A stretch of 64,000 nucleotides of DNA, taken from an uncultured Verrucomicrobiota bacterium (GTDB lineage Bacteria; Verrucomicrobiota; Kiritimatiellia; SS1-B-03-39; UBA6053). Within the stretch, counting starts at the first letter, position 1, and the number at the start of each line of letters is the position of its first letter. Positions 19,940 to 30,722 of this stretch are shown here, piece by piece. The DNA is taken from contig CAKZLZ010000156.1 in NCBI GenBank assembly GCA_937127435.1, positions 10,554-74,553 on the forward strand, in the 5' to 3' direction. Under the pieces are notes generated by a model. The model searched no databases and was not told the DNA's origin. It worked only from the letters and a program-made list of their open reading frames with translations. The position numbers were made by a program, and so were the translations under genes.

Positions 19940-20299
19940 TCATTCTTTTTTATTTTTAAACCGGGGATGTTCGTTCACATGGACATACATTTTTAAATGG
20001 GTATCCAACAGAAAGACCTTGTCTCCTTCACTTTCATATAAACCCAGAATGAAAGCCCCATTGGGGGTATGGATGGTGAAAGAACGCATTCCATTCTCTA
20101 ATGTCAGACCCCATGCACAACTGGGTGGCATCAGCCTTCTACGTGAAAATCGTTGCGGGACGGCTTGCATTTTTTGAAGTGGTGCCAAAATTTTTTCTTC
20201 GACGACCTTCTGGGCGCGCTCATCGGCGGGGGGCTGCTCATCGGCGGGAATGAAGAGTGGAAGCAGGCATAGTAAGAGGAGGGGGGAGTACTTTTTCAT
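19940..20299 (-). CDS. Small secreted hypothetical protein
   Basis: MKKYSPLLLLCLLPLFIPA signal peptide at ATG 20299. Confidence 0.6.
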   Translation of the reverse strand: MKKYSPLLLLCLLPLFIPADEQPPADERAQKVVEEKILAPLQKMQAVPQRFSRRRLMPPSCAWGLTLENGMRSFTIHTPNGAFILGLYESEGDKVFLLDTHLKMYVHVNEHPRFKNKKE

Positions 20300-20939
20300 G
20301 AGGGAATTTTCCTTGAGGGTTGGTTTTTGGGTTGAAATAAAAGTGGATGATTCCTTCGGCAATCAAAAGATTTAGAAGGGTGCTTGCCCATGTGCTGAGA
20401 GAATAATTCAAGGTATATGAAAATCCGGCGTAGTATCCGCTTAGGTACAGCAATCGAAAAGTAAGGGCACTGAGGGCCACTGCATAACTCCGTACCATCC
20501 AACGGGTATGTGAGCGTATATGACATCGGCATAATTCATAAAGGCCGAGGAGGGTCACCGAGGTCATCCAGCATCCGGTAAGAAAAAAGCCTAATCGCCC
20601 TATAAAACCTCCGTGTGCATGTAAAGAGAGCCACAACCCTGTAGGCAACATCACTCCCAGTGTGCTAAAAGCATAAATGCTCCCCATGACGGCATGCGTG
20701 ATTCGTTTTTTAAGCAGAGGGATAAAGAGGAAAGGGCCTGTGAACAGGCAAAGCATGCCAGCCAAAACATGGGCAATCAGAACTTGCCTCCAGCCGGGAG
20801 GCGCGTCCTGAATCCGCTCCCGGTAGAACACAACCGTTCGAGGGTCAGATAAATATCCCCGGCTGTTCCAAAATAACAAACCCGTCAAAGTGAGAACAAA
20901 GGTCCAAAAGAGAAGAGGGAGTAAATGTTTTGCATGCAT
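20238..20939 (-). CDS. DUF2306-like predicted membrane protein
   Basis: Multiple TM helices; HVLAG...L..GP, HIRSHTRWMVRSYAVALSALTFR. Confidence 0.7.
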   Translation of the reverse strand: MHAKHLLPLLFWTFVLTLTGLLFWNSRGYLSDPRTVVFYRERIQDAPPGWRQVLIAHVLAGMLCLFTGPFLFIPLLKKRITHAVMGSIYAFSTLGVMLPTGLWLSLHAHGGFIGRLGFFLTGCWMTSVTLLGLYELCRCHIRSHTRWMVRSYAVALSALTFRLLYLSGYYAGFSYTLNYSLSTWASTLLNLLIAEGIIHFYFNPKTNPQGKFPHEKVLPPPLTMPASTLHSRR

Positions 20940-21258
20940 CCTCTATAAAATAATTGGAATGGCCGCAGAGGTTGTCATGGAATTGTAAAAGGTTTGTAAA
21001 TAAACCCTTTGAAAGCTGCCGGGTCAAAAAAAGTTCCGGCCGGTAATTGTTGTTCAAAAAATCTATTTGAGACCGGACTCTATGTTATTTGATTCATCCC
21101 TTCAGTTTTGATTTCCCGACAGTCTCAATACCGCCGTTTCGATAGCCAGAGTTAGATGTGATTATAGATCTAAAAAATAATTCGGATGATTTTTCCCGTT
21201 ATCAGATTTAAATTTTTTTCTATTCTTTTTTTCTGACGGTTCCGGGTAACCTGAGCTT

Positions 21259-22401
21259 ATGAGTCTAAACATTGACAGTTCCTTTCCCGGCGGGAATATT
21301 GTGGTGGAACGCATAGAGGGAAACACCATATTTTTGCATCAGGATCTCCGCACGACAAAAGGGGAGTGGTTTTATTGGTACTTTCGTTTGCGGGCGACAG
21401 AAGTGTCTCGCTTGAAATTTCATTTTACCCGGGGCCTGGCGCTGGGCGTACGCGGTCCGGCAGTATCTTTAGATAGGGGCCGTACTTGGGAATGGTTGGG
21501 TGAGGAATCGGTGGTGGGGAATTCTTTTGTGTACGCTGTGCGGCAAGCGGATGCGGAAATCCGCTTCAGTTTTGCCATGCCTTATGTGGCGTCGAATTGG
21601 CGGACTTTTCTTGAATCTCTGCCGCAGAATATATTCATCAAGCAAGGCGTCCTGTGCCGGTCGGAAGAGGGCCGGGATGTTGAGGCCTTGATCGTTGGCC
21701 CACAGGATACTGACCCCTTACACCGGATTGCCCTCACTTGCCGGCACCATAGCTGTGAGATGATGCCGAACTACAGTTTGGAGGGACTGGTGGGCTGGGT
21801 GCTGAAAGATCCTTCTAAAGATGCGAGGTGGTTACGCAGCCATGTGCAAATGCTGCTTGTCCCGTTTATGGATAAAGATGGTGTCGAGAATGGGGATCAG
21901 GGCAAAAACCGGCAACCCAGAGATCACGGACGTGACTATACGGGGACCAGTCTGTTTTCGAGTACCCAGGCGCTTCGGGATTTTCTACCGGAATGGAGCG
22001 ATGGCAAACTACGGGTATGTCTGGATCTGCACTGTCCATGGATCGCCGGTGATTTAAACGAAGAAATTTATTTGGTGGGTCGTCCTGAAGCGGAAAACCA
22101 GTGTGAACAAAAACGGTTTTCAAAAATCCTTGAGAAGGTAAAGCAGGGTCCTTTGCCTTTTTCCCATTTAAATTTTTTGTCTTTTGGCACCCACTGGAAT
22201 ACGAACGAAAATTTTACCCTGGGAGAATGCTGTGCCGGTTGGGCCTACACTTTGCCGGAAGTTCTGTTCGCTACAAGTGTGGAGCTCCCATACGCAAATG
22301 CCGGAGGTGTAGAGGTCAATCAGGAATCCGCAAGGCGGTTCGGTGAAGATCTGGGCCGAGCCCTTTCGTCATATTTGCAGAAGCAGGATGCTGGGGGATG
22401 A
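21259..22401 (+). CDS. M14-family zinc carboxypeptidase-like protein
   Basis: FPGGN N-terminus, WFYWYF, CRHHSCE (HxxE variant), DGVENG..GKNR, LDLH, VELPY. Confidence 0.75.
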   Translation: MSLNIDSSFPGGNIVVERIEGNTIFLHQDLRTTKGEWFYWYFRLRATEVSRLKFHFTRGLALGVRGPAVSLDRGRTWEWLGEESVVGNSFVYAVRQADAEIRFSFAMPYVASNWRTFLESLPQNIFIKQGVLCRSEEGRDVEALIVGPQDTDPLHRIALTCRHHSCEMMPNYSLEGLVGWVLKDPSKDARWLRSHVQMLLVPFMDKDGVENGDQGKNRQPRDHGRDYTGTSLFSSTQALRDFLPEWSDGKLRVCLDLHCPWIAGDLNEEIYLVGRPEAENQCEQKRFSKILEKVKQGPLPFSHLNFLSFGTHWNTNENFTLGECCAGWAYTLPEVLFATSVELPYANAGGVEVNQESARRFGEDLGRALSSYLQKQDAGG

Positions 22402-22490
22402 TCGAAGCCTTCTGCGCCAAATCCCTGTCAACTGTCTAAGGGGGCCGCTATCATTTTCACGATATTTCCTGATTTAGAATAAGATTTACA

Positions 22491-23303
22491 TCAGGGTAAG
22501 AGCGATTCGACAGCTTCCCTGGAAAGGGGTTGGCGCCCCTCATCGGCCACTTCAGGAATGGGCCCCTTGCGTAGAACTTTTTTCTTTTTCGGAATCCAGT
22601 ATAGTTCTTCGAAATTTGGGTCATCAATGGTGGTGACAAGGGCATAGCCGAAAAATTTGGGTTCGGCGGTGATTGTCACACCTGTTCCTCCTAAATGCTG
22701 GGCCAGTAGTGTTAATGTACTTTCCGTCTCGGATTCTGAGGGGAATGAAATAATAGCGAGGTCAACTGTCAATTTAGCGGGGACTAAAAATGCAGTTTTA
22801 TCATGAAAAGGTTCTTTAATTGTATCTGAGACACTGAAGTCGATTGGGCAGTCCTCGACAAAAAGAAGGGTAGAGGCGGAAGCGGTGGCCGCAATCTCTT
22901 TTGAGATGGCTTTCATTCTACCCGGCATCTTGTACCGCGGAAATTTTTCGAGAGGCATTTCACTAATAATGGTTTTGAGTTCTTCCCGGGTACTCATGGC
23001 ATACCCCTGTTCCAGTAATACGCGGTCCGCGACCTCTGTGAGTACAACCATGTCCCCATGATTCGGATTTTGAGTGATGTAGCGAACGCGGTCACGAATC
23101 ATTTCATGTATGACGGCCTCGCTCAGAACCACAACTTTACCAGCCTTTTCGGGTGTGGGGAATGTTGCGGCCGGAGGGGGGGCAAGTTGTGCGTTTATTC
23201 TGAAGGATTTCGGAGGAGGCGGACTTGAACATCCAACCAGAATAAAGGTGGATATTATAATTAAATCAATTGCCACGTGTCGAAGAAATGATGTTTTAAA
23301 CAT
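22491..23303 (-). CDS. Hypothetical lipoprotein
   Basis: 270 aa; lipobox ILVGC followed by SSPPPP. Confidence 0.6.
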   Translation of the reverse strand: MFKTSFLRHVAIDLIIISTFILVGCSSPPPPKSFRINAQLAPPPAATFPTPEKAGKVVVLSEAVIHEMIRDRVRYITQNPNHGDMVVLTEVADRVLLEQGYAMSTREELKTIISEMPLEKFPRYKMPGRMKAISKEIAATASASTLLFVEDCPIDFSVSDTIKEPFHDKTAFLVPAKLTVDLAIISFPSESETESTLTLLAQHLGGTGVTITAEPKFFGYALVTTIDDPNFEELYWIPKKKKVLRKGPIPEVADEGRQPLSREAVESLLP

Positions 23304-23432
23304 TTTATTTAATAGGTTGAATTTGTTACTTGTATAGGTATCCCGAGATAATAATCAAGGGCAATCGCTGATCTCAGCCTGCTTCCAAACCTATAAGTTG
23401 TGCGACAAATTGCTTAATCGGAGATAGATAAT

Positions 23433-25352
23433 ATGAACTGCTACTTTTCCCCCTTCCGATCCACTTTTATTCGTACAGTATATTTTTTATGTGTGGCACT
23501 TTGCATCTTCAGAGTCGGAAATTGTGAAGAGGCGATTATCCGTATCAAGTACAGTAAATTACCCTCACGGGCCACGGTCAGGTTGGATGGAGAGTCTCTG
23601 GGACGCATCGATGATGAGTTCGAGCCGGACAAGGATGTTGATTATAAAGAGATGACGATTAAAAACCTGGATGATACTCCCCACACCCAGTTCAAACTGC
23701 TCACGTTGGATTTTGAAGATGACCGGAGCGATGATTTTCATGTGTTCATTCCCGTTACTGTGGGAGAGGCGAATCCAAGGCCCATTGAAATTTCGTTATC
23801 AGAAATCGCACCTCTGAGTTTCTATTTTCGCCGCACCATTTTTGAGTCTGCGCCTCATCTCGTGGCAGGCGATAAAGTCAGTATGTTTGCAAACGATGCT
23901 GCAGATAAATACGAACGGCTCATTTGGCTTGCGGTTCCCAGTGTTCAGGAAAAAGGGGAGGAGGGCTCAGAGAGTGAAGTTTCTTCTGTGGTGATGGAAG
24001 AACACGACTACGGTGCCTTCTTGTTGATACGGAAAATTATTCGTCGGCAACTTGCCGGACTTGCTGACCGGGGTGGAAATGGTTTGATGTTCAGTCAAAA
24101 AGCAGATTTTCGAATAAATTATGTGATGGGGACAGGCGCGACTGCGGAGTGGCTTCCGGAATATGAAGGACAGGTTCGGATTTACCTTATCGGGCAGACC
24201 AAAGGAGACGACCCGCGCTGGATGGTGGTAAGTCGTCTGTTTAACATTGTCGATATTCGCCCCACGGTTTGGTTACGTCCACAACTTGTCAGCCGGACCA
24301 ATGTTGATGAAATGGCGGCCTTGACCCGGGAAGCCACGCGTATCAATCGGTTTTCTCCCATTCAGCATTCTTATTTGATCTTCCGCGCATTCGCGGAGAT
24401 GGAGTTTCAGGCAGAAGAGGGATCAGAGATTCAGTTTGATGTGATGCAGGGACCCTTTTTGAACGCCGAAGTCCCGGTGGATTCACTTGTCGTGGCGGTG
24501 GATGGTGAATCCGTAGCCCTCGAAACAGACGCTACGTTGTTTCGGCATACCTTTAATACGCCTGGACTTCGAATCATGGATTTCACGGTAAAGGATGTTC
24601 ACGGACTTACCCGTACACAGAGGATTCAAGTGAATGTTCTTCCTAAAAGTATTGCTGCGGGGAAAAGGCGTGAGGCACTGGATAAAATCCATGAATACTC
24701 GGGCGATTCTTTCTGGTTAGTGAATCTTGCGATGTTGGAATGGGCTGAAAAGGTGACCGCTATGGACTCGTGGAAAAATGTTCCTGCTGGAGCAAAAGTT
24801 GCAATTTCACATCCTGACAACCTCCCGGATCAACTGGAAGTGAATCTGAATGGAGTTCATCGTGACGTTGGAGATCTAGTAGACTTTCACCTTGTTGAGG
24901 CGCTTAGGCGTCGGGGTACTCCGGTTGTGGAACGTGATGAAGGTTGGGTGACGGCCGCAAGGGGGGCCGTAGGGGATGAGGGACCGCTCCCGGGGCCGGA
25001 TGTACTGCTGTTATATAAGTTGAAACAGGCGGTAGTAGAGGTGGATACCACGGGTCCCGTCTCTTTCCGTCGGGCAAATATTCTGGCCATGGTTCGGGTT
25101 CTCGATCCCGAGACGTTTGAAGTTTTGGAAAATAGGATGATTGATGCTTCCGCAAGTGATTTCACGGTGGATGTCAACTACGGTGCCCGGGACTTACGTG
25201 CTGTTGATCGGTATGCTGACGGTTTCCTGCAAACGATCCGCAGGGTCAAAAGCGCGACAGGCTCAGGCGATATGTCTTCTGTCGGTCTCACGCGGGAGGA
25301 ATACGAACGGAGTGAGGAGCGACGGGATAAAAAAAGCTCGAGCACCCGATAA
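23433..25352 (+). CDS. Hypothetical exported multidomain protein with PKD-like module
   Basis: 639 aa; signal-like N-terminus; HTFNTPGLRIMDFTVKD PKD-like motif. Confidence 0.6.
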   Translation: MNCYFSPFRSTFIRTVYFLCVALCIFRVGNCEEAIIRIKYSKLPSRATVRLDGESLGRIDDEFEPDKDVDYKEMTIKNLDDTPHTQFKLLTLDFEDDRSDDFHVFIPVTVGEANPRPIEISLSEIAPLSFYFRRTIFESAPHLVAGDKVSMFANDAADKYERLIWLAVPSVQEKGEEGSESEVSSVVMEEHDYGAFLLIRKIIRRQLAGLADRGGNGLMFSQKADFRINYVMGTGATAEWLPEYEGQVRIYLIGQTKGDDPRWMVVSRLFNIVDIRPTVWLRPQLVSRTNVDEMAALTREATRINRFSPIQHSYLIFRAFAEMEFQAEEGSEIQFDVMQGPFLNAEVPVDSLVVAVDGESVALETDATLFRHTFNTPGLRIMDFTVKDVHGLTRTQRIQVNVLPKSIAAGKRREALDKIHEYSGDSFWLVNLAMLEWAEKVTAMDSWKNVPAGAKVAISHPDNLPDQLEVNLNGVHRDVGDLVDFHLVEALRRRGTPVVERDEGWVTAARGAVGDEGPLPGPDVLLLYKLKQAVVEVDTTGPVSFRRANILAMVRVLDPETFEVLENRMIDASASDFTVDVNYGARDLRAVDRYADGFLQTIRRVKSATGSGDMSSVGLTREEYERSEERRDKKSSSTR

Positions 25353-25836
25353 CACAATCCTGATTCTTAACCGGAAAAACCGTGACCAGAGGGTTGAGTA
25401 GGCGCGGGCCCTTCCTTACGGAAGGATTTCAGAAGTAATTTTATTTGATCGGAGCGTCTGTTTACCCAGGTTCAACTCCATCGGGCCGTAGGTCATGGGC
25501 CCCGCTTCTTCAGGGCGGTGACCTATCACTAAAATAAAATTTCTCTGTTTGGAATATTTCCGGGTGGGTCCCGGAGGGTTTTCGCTACGATCTTCCACAT
25601 GAATATTTTTGAGTTTGAGGATGAGTGTCGCGTAGTTGGCAACCTGGAGGGTTTTACGGTTCGCACCTTGTGCAGTTTCCAGTGTGAGTTCTGAAGGCTG
25701 AGCATGAAGACAAAGGGTGATTGCATATGGACCCAGGGTGAAGCCGCCACTTTTTTCCAGGGAGATTAATATCACATATGAAAAACTTTGGCATGGCAAA
25801 TGTTGACTTCGGGCCATCAAAAGTACATCTACGGGC

Positions 25837-26484
25837 ATGAGGATTTTCCTGACTTTCATCTGTTTAAATTTCTGCGTTGCCCATGCGGCATTGGTTACAT
25901 TGTCCCCCACGCAGGACACATACACGACTTCACGTACCGATACCTCGCCTTTTTGGACCCAATCGTATTTTCGTACAAAAAATGATTCGGGTACGAACCC
26001 CCGTTTGGGCTTTGTTGAATTTGACAGCACTGCGGTTGGAACGGCGAGTGCCGCTACTTTGAATCTGACCCCTGAAAATTCGGAGCTTGGTGATGACCCG
26101 ACAGGTACTGCTGTGTTTGAAGTATTTGGAATAGATTCAGATGTGACCCCCTGGTCGGAAACCACCCTCACGTATTCGAATGATGACAGTTTAATCGCGG
26201 CAGGGACATCACTCGGGACTTTTAATCTTACGGACACTGGTGCGGGAAGTCCGGTAAATTTCAGTTCCGCGCCGCTGTTGAGTTTCTTAAATGCGAACCC
26301 CGGGAAAGTCACTTTTCTCATCGAGCGCATCTCCTTCACAGGTGGCAGTTATGTTCACCAGTTTAAATCCAGTAACGCCGCCAGCGGATCTCCGACACTT
26401 GATCTGATTGTGGTTCCGGAAATTTCCAGTCTGGCGCTGCTGATGATGGGCTTCGGTCTGGTTGTTTTGAACCGGCGACGCTGA
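25837..26484 (+). CDS. PEP-CTERM protein with DNRLRE/CBM96-like domain
   Basis: Signal peptide, LSPTQDTY, RLGFVEFD, ATLNLT, WSETTLTYSN, P.L.L; VPE + hydrophobic stretch + NRRR. Confidence 0.8.
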   Translation: MRIFLTFICLNFCVAHAALVTLSPTQDTYTTSRTDTSPFWTQSYFRTKNDSGTNPRLGFVEFDSTAVGTASAATLNLTPENSELGDDPTGTAVFEVFGIDSDVTPWSETTLTYSNDDSLIAAGTSLGTFNLTDTGAGSPVNFSSAPLLSFLNANPGKVTFLIERISFTGGSYVHQFKSSNAASGSPTLDLIVVPEISSLALLMMGFGLVVLNRRR

Positions 26485-26528
26485 AGGTTGATTCTTTTTC
26501 ATGTCGCCCGGTTAACGTACCCTTCCTC

Positions 26529-26897
26529 ATGAAAAAGAATGTAAAAAATGACGTCTCTGTAGAGAAGGAGCTATGGGTTGAGGAATCAGTAGCGCTCTTG
26601 GCTTCAGGCCGTGGGCATAGTGGAATCATCAACATGCTGCGTCTCAAAGGAATGGATCTCGAGATGGCACAGCGTGTTTCAGGGGAATTATTTGATGTCG
26701 CGAAACCACGGCTGGTGAAGAAGCAACGCCCCATGCTGATTCTGGGTTGGCTCTTTATTTTGATTGGGATTCTGATGCCCATCGTCATGTTCTTCAGTGG
26801 CATTGGTTATTACATTGTCTCTTTTGCGCCCTGTGCATTGGGCCTCACCATGCTTTCAAAAGTCCACAATCCGGAGCGATTGCCTGTAGGGGATTAG
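26529..26897 (+). CDS. Hypothetical membrane protein
   Basis: 122 aa; two C-terminal hydrophobic helices. Confidence 0.6.
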   Translation: MKKNVKNDVSVEKELWVEESVALLASGRGHSGIINMLRLKGMDLEMAQRVSGELFDVAKPRLVKKQRPMLILGWLFILIGILMPIVMFFSGIGYYIVSFAPCALGLTMLSKVHNPERLPVGD

Positions 26898-27084
26898 GAC
26901 CCGTTATTTTTTCACTCCGCATTTGAATATAACCAAGCGGATACACGCTGCAGTCTAGACAGATTGCATGGCCCGGCTTTTTCCAACAATTATCAGCAGG
27001 ATCCTTTCATTTTCGGGGTAATAATATTCCTGTAAGCAAACGTTTTATATTGACAGTTATCATTGAAAAATTCATTTTTGGATA

Positions 27085-27894
27085 ATGAAATCTATGAAAT
27101 GTTGGATCCGCCTCATTCTTATATCTGCAGCTTTTTTCGCTGTAAGTGATGCCGCGGTGATTTTAAGTGATACCTTTGATCGAGGGGCGGTGGGAGCCAA
27201 TGACAATGCATTGGGGGGAACGATCACCCAGAATTACATATCGGGTGGGGACGCTACTCGTAGTGTGGGTATTTCTTCCAATGAACTTGCGTTGTCCGTA
27301 TCCGCCGGAACCGCTTGGGCGATGATTGATTACGATTTTAATACCAATACCGATATTGTGAATGCAGGGGGCTTTACCGTGCAATTCGACATGGATTCAC
27401 TCCCTGTTGGGGGAGGGAGTTACGCAGGAGATCCCTGGGTCGCCTTCGCGTTAGGATTGCCTCAACTTGCGACCTCGACTTCATTTGCCGTTGTCAATGC
27501 AGGCACCTCGATGGGATCAGTTTATAAACCGACCCAGGATGGAAGTTTGGCGACCCGCGTAAACGGGGTGGTGCAAAGTCCGTTTGCTACCGTAGCCACT
27601 ACGGGAACTTACACCTTTTTATATACGGTCACCTCGAATGATTTTTCGCAAGACGGCAGTGCAACGGTTTCATTAAAGGTGAATGGCCTGGATGTCGCCC
27701 TCGGAGATGCCGGTGCGTTGTCGAACGAATTTACCTGGGAAAGCGACAACAATTATCTTTATCTGGAAAGCCGGGTGGGAGGAACCTTTGATAACTTAAT
27801 TGTCAGTACAATTCCCGAACCGCAAAGCTTTACGCTAATCGCTTTGGCCGGTAGCGCGTTAATCCTGATGGGTGCATTCCGTAGCCGGAAATGA
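27085..27894 (+). CDS. PEP-CTERM surface protein
   Basis: Signal peptide, VILSDTFD, FDNL..STIPEP + hydrophobic stretch + RSRK. Confidence 0.85.
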   Translation: MKSMKCWIRLILISAAFFAVSDAAVILSDTFDRGAVGANDNALGGTITQNYISGGDATRSVGISSNELALSVSAGTAWAMIDYDFNTNTDIVNAGGFTVQFDMDSLPVGGGSYAGDPWVAFALGLPQLATSTSFAVVNAGTSMGSVYKPTQDGSLATRVNGVVQSPFATVATTGTYTFLYTVTSNDFSQDGSATVSLKVNGLDVALGDAGALSNEFTWESDNNYLYLESRVGGTFDNLIVSTIPEPQSFTLIALAGSALILMGAFRSRK

Positions 27895-28128
27895 TCTTCA
27901 AAAGTGGGGGGGAGCCCTTCAGGAAAACGGTAAAAACAGCATCGTCGGTGGGGGCAGGGGGTTAGCTGTTCACGTTCTGTTCATTCGCCATTCTGTTGTG
28001 TTTTATTCATCCCTTCAGTCTTTTTGCTCCCTTCTTTTCCTTGAAAATAACCAAGCGGATGGGCTTCGTTGTCTTGACAGATTGCATGGCTCGAAATACC
28101 GAGAGGGAAAACGATCCAAGGATATTCT

Positions 28129-29238
28129 ATGAGTGCTTCCCCTTATCATCACCCCGACCAGCCTGTTCGACACAGTTATCCTCTCGCCATTGAAAATGCG
28201 AGTTTGGGTACCGCCATGGGCCTGCTCCTTAAAACCCTTCCTTATGCTTTGGTACGGTTCGGTATCTTATTGGCCTTTAGTGTGGGAACCATTATTTGGT
28301 TTGGCATTGTTTTTGGAGGTGCGGCCCTGCTTTCAAAACTGCATGAAATTTTTGGCGGGATCTGGATGATCGGTGGCATTGGGGTTTATGGCTGGTTTTT
28401 TTGGACGGTGATTCGTTATTTCCTCTACATGATCAAGGCCGGACACATTGCGGTGATTACCGAATTGGTGACGACGGGGTCTATCGACAATGGTGAAAAG
28501 AAAATGTTCGAATACGGCAAGGATGTGGTCAAAGAACGCTTTAAAGAGATTTCGGTTTTATTTGGACTCGATCTGCTGATCACCGGGGTGGTCAAATCTT
28601 TCAACCGAACCTTGGAAGGGGTGGCGAATTTCCTCCCCATTCCCGGTCTCGATCAACTGGCAAAAGTAGTGGGTGTAATCCTGCACGCCATGACCACATT
28701 TATTGATGAAACCCTCTTTTCCTACAACTTGGCAAGAGGGGATGACAATCCTTGGCGTTCGGGCCGTGACGGTTTAATTTATTACGCGCAAAATTCCAAA
28801 GAAATCCTCAAAACCTCCTTGTGGATTGTGGTGTTGGAAAAAGTATTGGTGGTGTTGGCCTGGATCCTTTGCATGGCACCGGCAGCGGTCTTTGCTTATC
28901 TGATGCCCGGCAATGAAAGCGGAACCTTGTGGATGATCGGTATTGCCGCGCTGTTTGCATGGAATATTAAAGCCGCCTTTCTGCATCCTTTATTTTTAAT
29001 CATGATCATGATTAAATTTCATGTCTCGGTGAAAGGGCAGGCGATTGATGAAACCTGGGACGACCGCCTTACCCGCGCCAGCGATAAGTTTGTGAAGATC
29101 AAAGACAAAATGAAAGGTTGGGCCGGCGATACCTTCGGGTCAAAAACGGCTACTCCTGAGGAAGCTCCCGCTCCCAGTGAAAATCTTCTTCCGTCAGAAG
29201 CGGAGACGCCTCCTGAACCGCCTGAGATAAAATCCTGA
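28129..29238 (+). CDS. Hypothetical integral membrane protein
   Basis: 369 aa; four clear TM segments and a Pro/Glu-rich tail. Confidence 0.7.
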   Translation: MSASPYHHPDQPVRHSYPLAIENASLGTAMGLLLKTLPYALVRFGILLAFSVGTIIWFGIVFGGAALLSKLHEIFGGIWMIGGIGVYGWFFWTVIRYFLYMIKAGHIAVITELVTTGSIDNGEKKMFEYGKDVVKERFKEISVLFGLDLLITGVVKSFNRTLEGVANFLPIPGLDQLAKVVGVILHAMTTFIDETLFSYNLARGDDNPWRSGRDGLIYYAQNSKEILKTSLWIVVLEKVLVVLAWILCMAPAAVFAYLMPGNESGTLWMIGIAALFAWNIKAAFLHPLFLIMIMIKFHVSVKGQAIDETWDDRLTRASDKFVKIKDKMKGWAGDTFGSKTATPEEAPAPSENLLPSEAETPPEPPEIKS

Positions 29239-29367
29239 TATTCGGTCTGTCGAAGTACAGGCAAAACAGCTGTAAACAACGAGGAAGTCAGCGCTTGGGG
29301 GAAAATAGAGGGATGTCCGCAAGTATTTGATCCTTGATTCTTATATGGATTCCTAAAGGGTTTACGG

Positions 29368-30657
29368 ATGTCTATTTCCTTTGCTTTGGATCGCTTCAAT
29401 TATCTTCTGAACCGGGTTCGTGAACGTTTGTGGGTCAAACCCTTGTGTACCTGTGTGTTTTCAGTGCTGGTCATTGTGATTGCGGAGAGCTTTGATGGCC
29501 ACGAAATGTTTCAGGGCCTGCCGGAAGTGACCAACAAATCAGTGGAAACGTTGCTGTCGATTTTAGCCGGTGGCATGCTGGCGATTGCGACTTTTTCGGT
29601 AGGCGCGATGGTTTCGGCGTACGGTTCGGCTAGCAGCAATGCGACCCCGCGTTCTTTTGCGGCGGTCATATCGGATGATACCTCCCAAAATGCGTTGTCC
29701 GTGTTTATCGGCTCGTTTATTTTCAGTGTGGTTGGATTATTTTTCCTGCAGAATGAGGTGTTGGGACCCGTATCCCGAACCCTGGTATTTATTTTATCCG
29801 TCATCACCTATGTGATGGTCATTTATACTTTTGTCCGCTGGGTGGACCGGATTGCCAGACTCGGGCGGATGGGAACCACCATCCAAAATGTGGAGAAGGT
29901 CTGTCTGAAAGCAGTGAAGCGAAGAAGTCTCCATCCGCATATGGATGGTTGTCCGCCAACTTCGCGGGATCCTGAAACTTCAAAAGCCATTATGGTCACC
30001 GAGATTGGATACTTGCAACGTATTGACTTGGCCGCCTTGCAGAAACTCGCGGTAGAATTTGATGCCCGGTTTCAAGTGCAGTCCCTTCCGGGTGAATATT
30101 TAGGGCAGGGGGAAGCGCTTTGCCGGGTTTGGGCGGAAAAAGAAGAATGGGATGATGCAGAAATTGCGAAAATTCAAGCCGCCTTTCAGATCGACCGGCG
30201 AAGGATCTTTGATGAAGACCCGCGGTTCGGAATCGTGGTTTTATCGGAAATCGCCAGTCGGGCATTGTCGCCGGGGGTTAATGACCCCGGAACCGCTATC
30301 GATGTCATGGGAAGTTTACACCGCCTGCTGGCCGCCTGGCAGGAGGGAACTGATAAACGCAAGGAGGGCGATCCGGGTTTTGACCGGGTTGAAGTGCCCG
30401 AATTGTTAATCGAAGAACTGATGGCCGATGCGTTTGCTTCCATGGCCCGGGACGGTGCGGGAAACATTGAAGTCAGCTCACGCTTGCAAGAAGTTCTGGG
30501 ATCTTTATCTACGCTCAAGGATCCGGGTTTTTACAATGCCGCCAAGTCCCAGTCTGAAATGTCATTTGCACGTGCCAAAATCGCGATGAATTTTGAACCG
30601 GATATTGTGGCCTTGGAAAAAATCCGGAACCAGCATTTCGCGCAAAATTTTGAATAA
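29368..30657 (+). CDS. DUF2254-like predicted membrane protein
   Basis: LLSILAGGMLAIATFS, SSNATPR, EIASRALSPGVNDPGTAI motif. Confidence 0.82.
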   Translation: MSISFALDRFNYLLNRVRERLWVKPLCTCVFSVLVIVIAESFDGHEMFQGLPEVTNKSVETLLSILAGGMLAIATFSVGAMVSAYGSASSNATPRSFAAVISDDTSQNALSVFIGSFIFSVVGLFFLQNEVLGPVSRTLVFILSVITYVMVIYTFVRWVDRIARLGRMGTTIQNVEKVCLKAVKRRSLHPHMDGCPPTSRDPETSKAIMVTEIGYLQRIDLAALQKLAVEFDARFQVQSLPGEYLGQGEALCRVWAEKEEWDDAEIAKIQAAFQIDRRRIFDEDPRFGIVVLSEIASRALSPGVNDPGTAIDVMGSLHRLLAAWQEGTDKRKEGDPGFDRVEVPELLIEELMADAFASMARDGAGNIEVSSRLQEVLGSLSTLKDPGFYNAAKSQSEMSFARAKIAMNFEPDIVALEKIRNQHFAQNFE

Positions 30658-30722
30658 AAACAAAGAAACCCGGCCCGGCCAATTTCGGACAGGATGATAT
30701 TTGGATATGGAGAAGTGAATTT

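Noticed and set aside
25355-25401. ILILNRKNR stretch as a remnant PEP-CTERM tail
   Set aside because: Too short, no PEP motif and no convincing nucleotide match to the four PEP-CTERM genes
25416-26339. 307-aa minus-strand ORF
   Set aside because: Over half is antisense to the PEP-CTERM gene; a shorter gene at 25416-25817 (MARSQH...) is possible but has no recognisable motif or RBS
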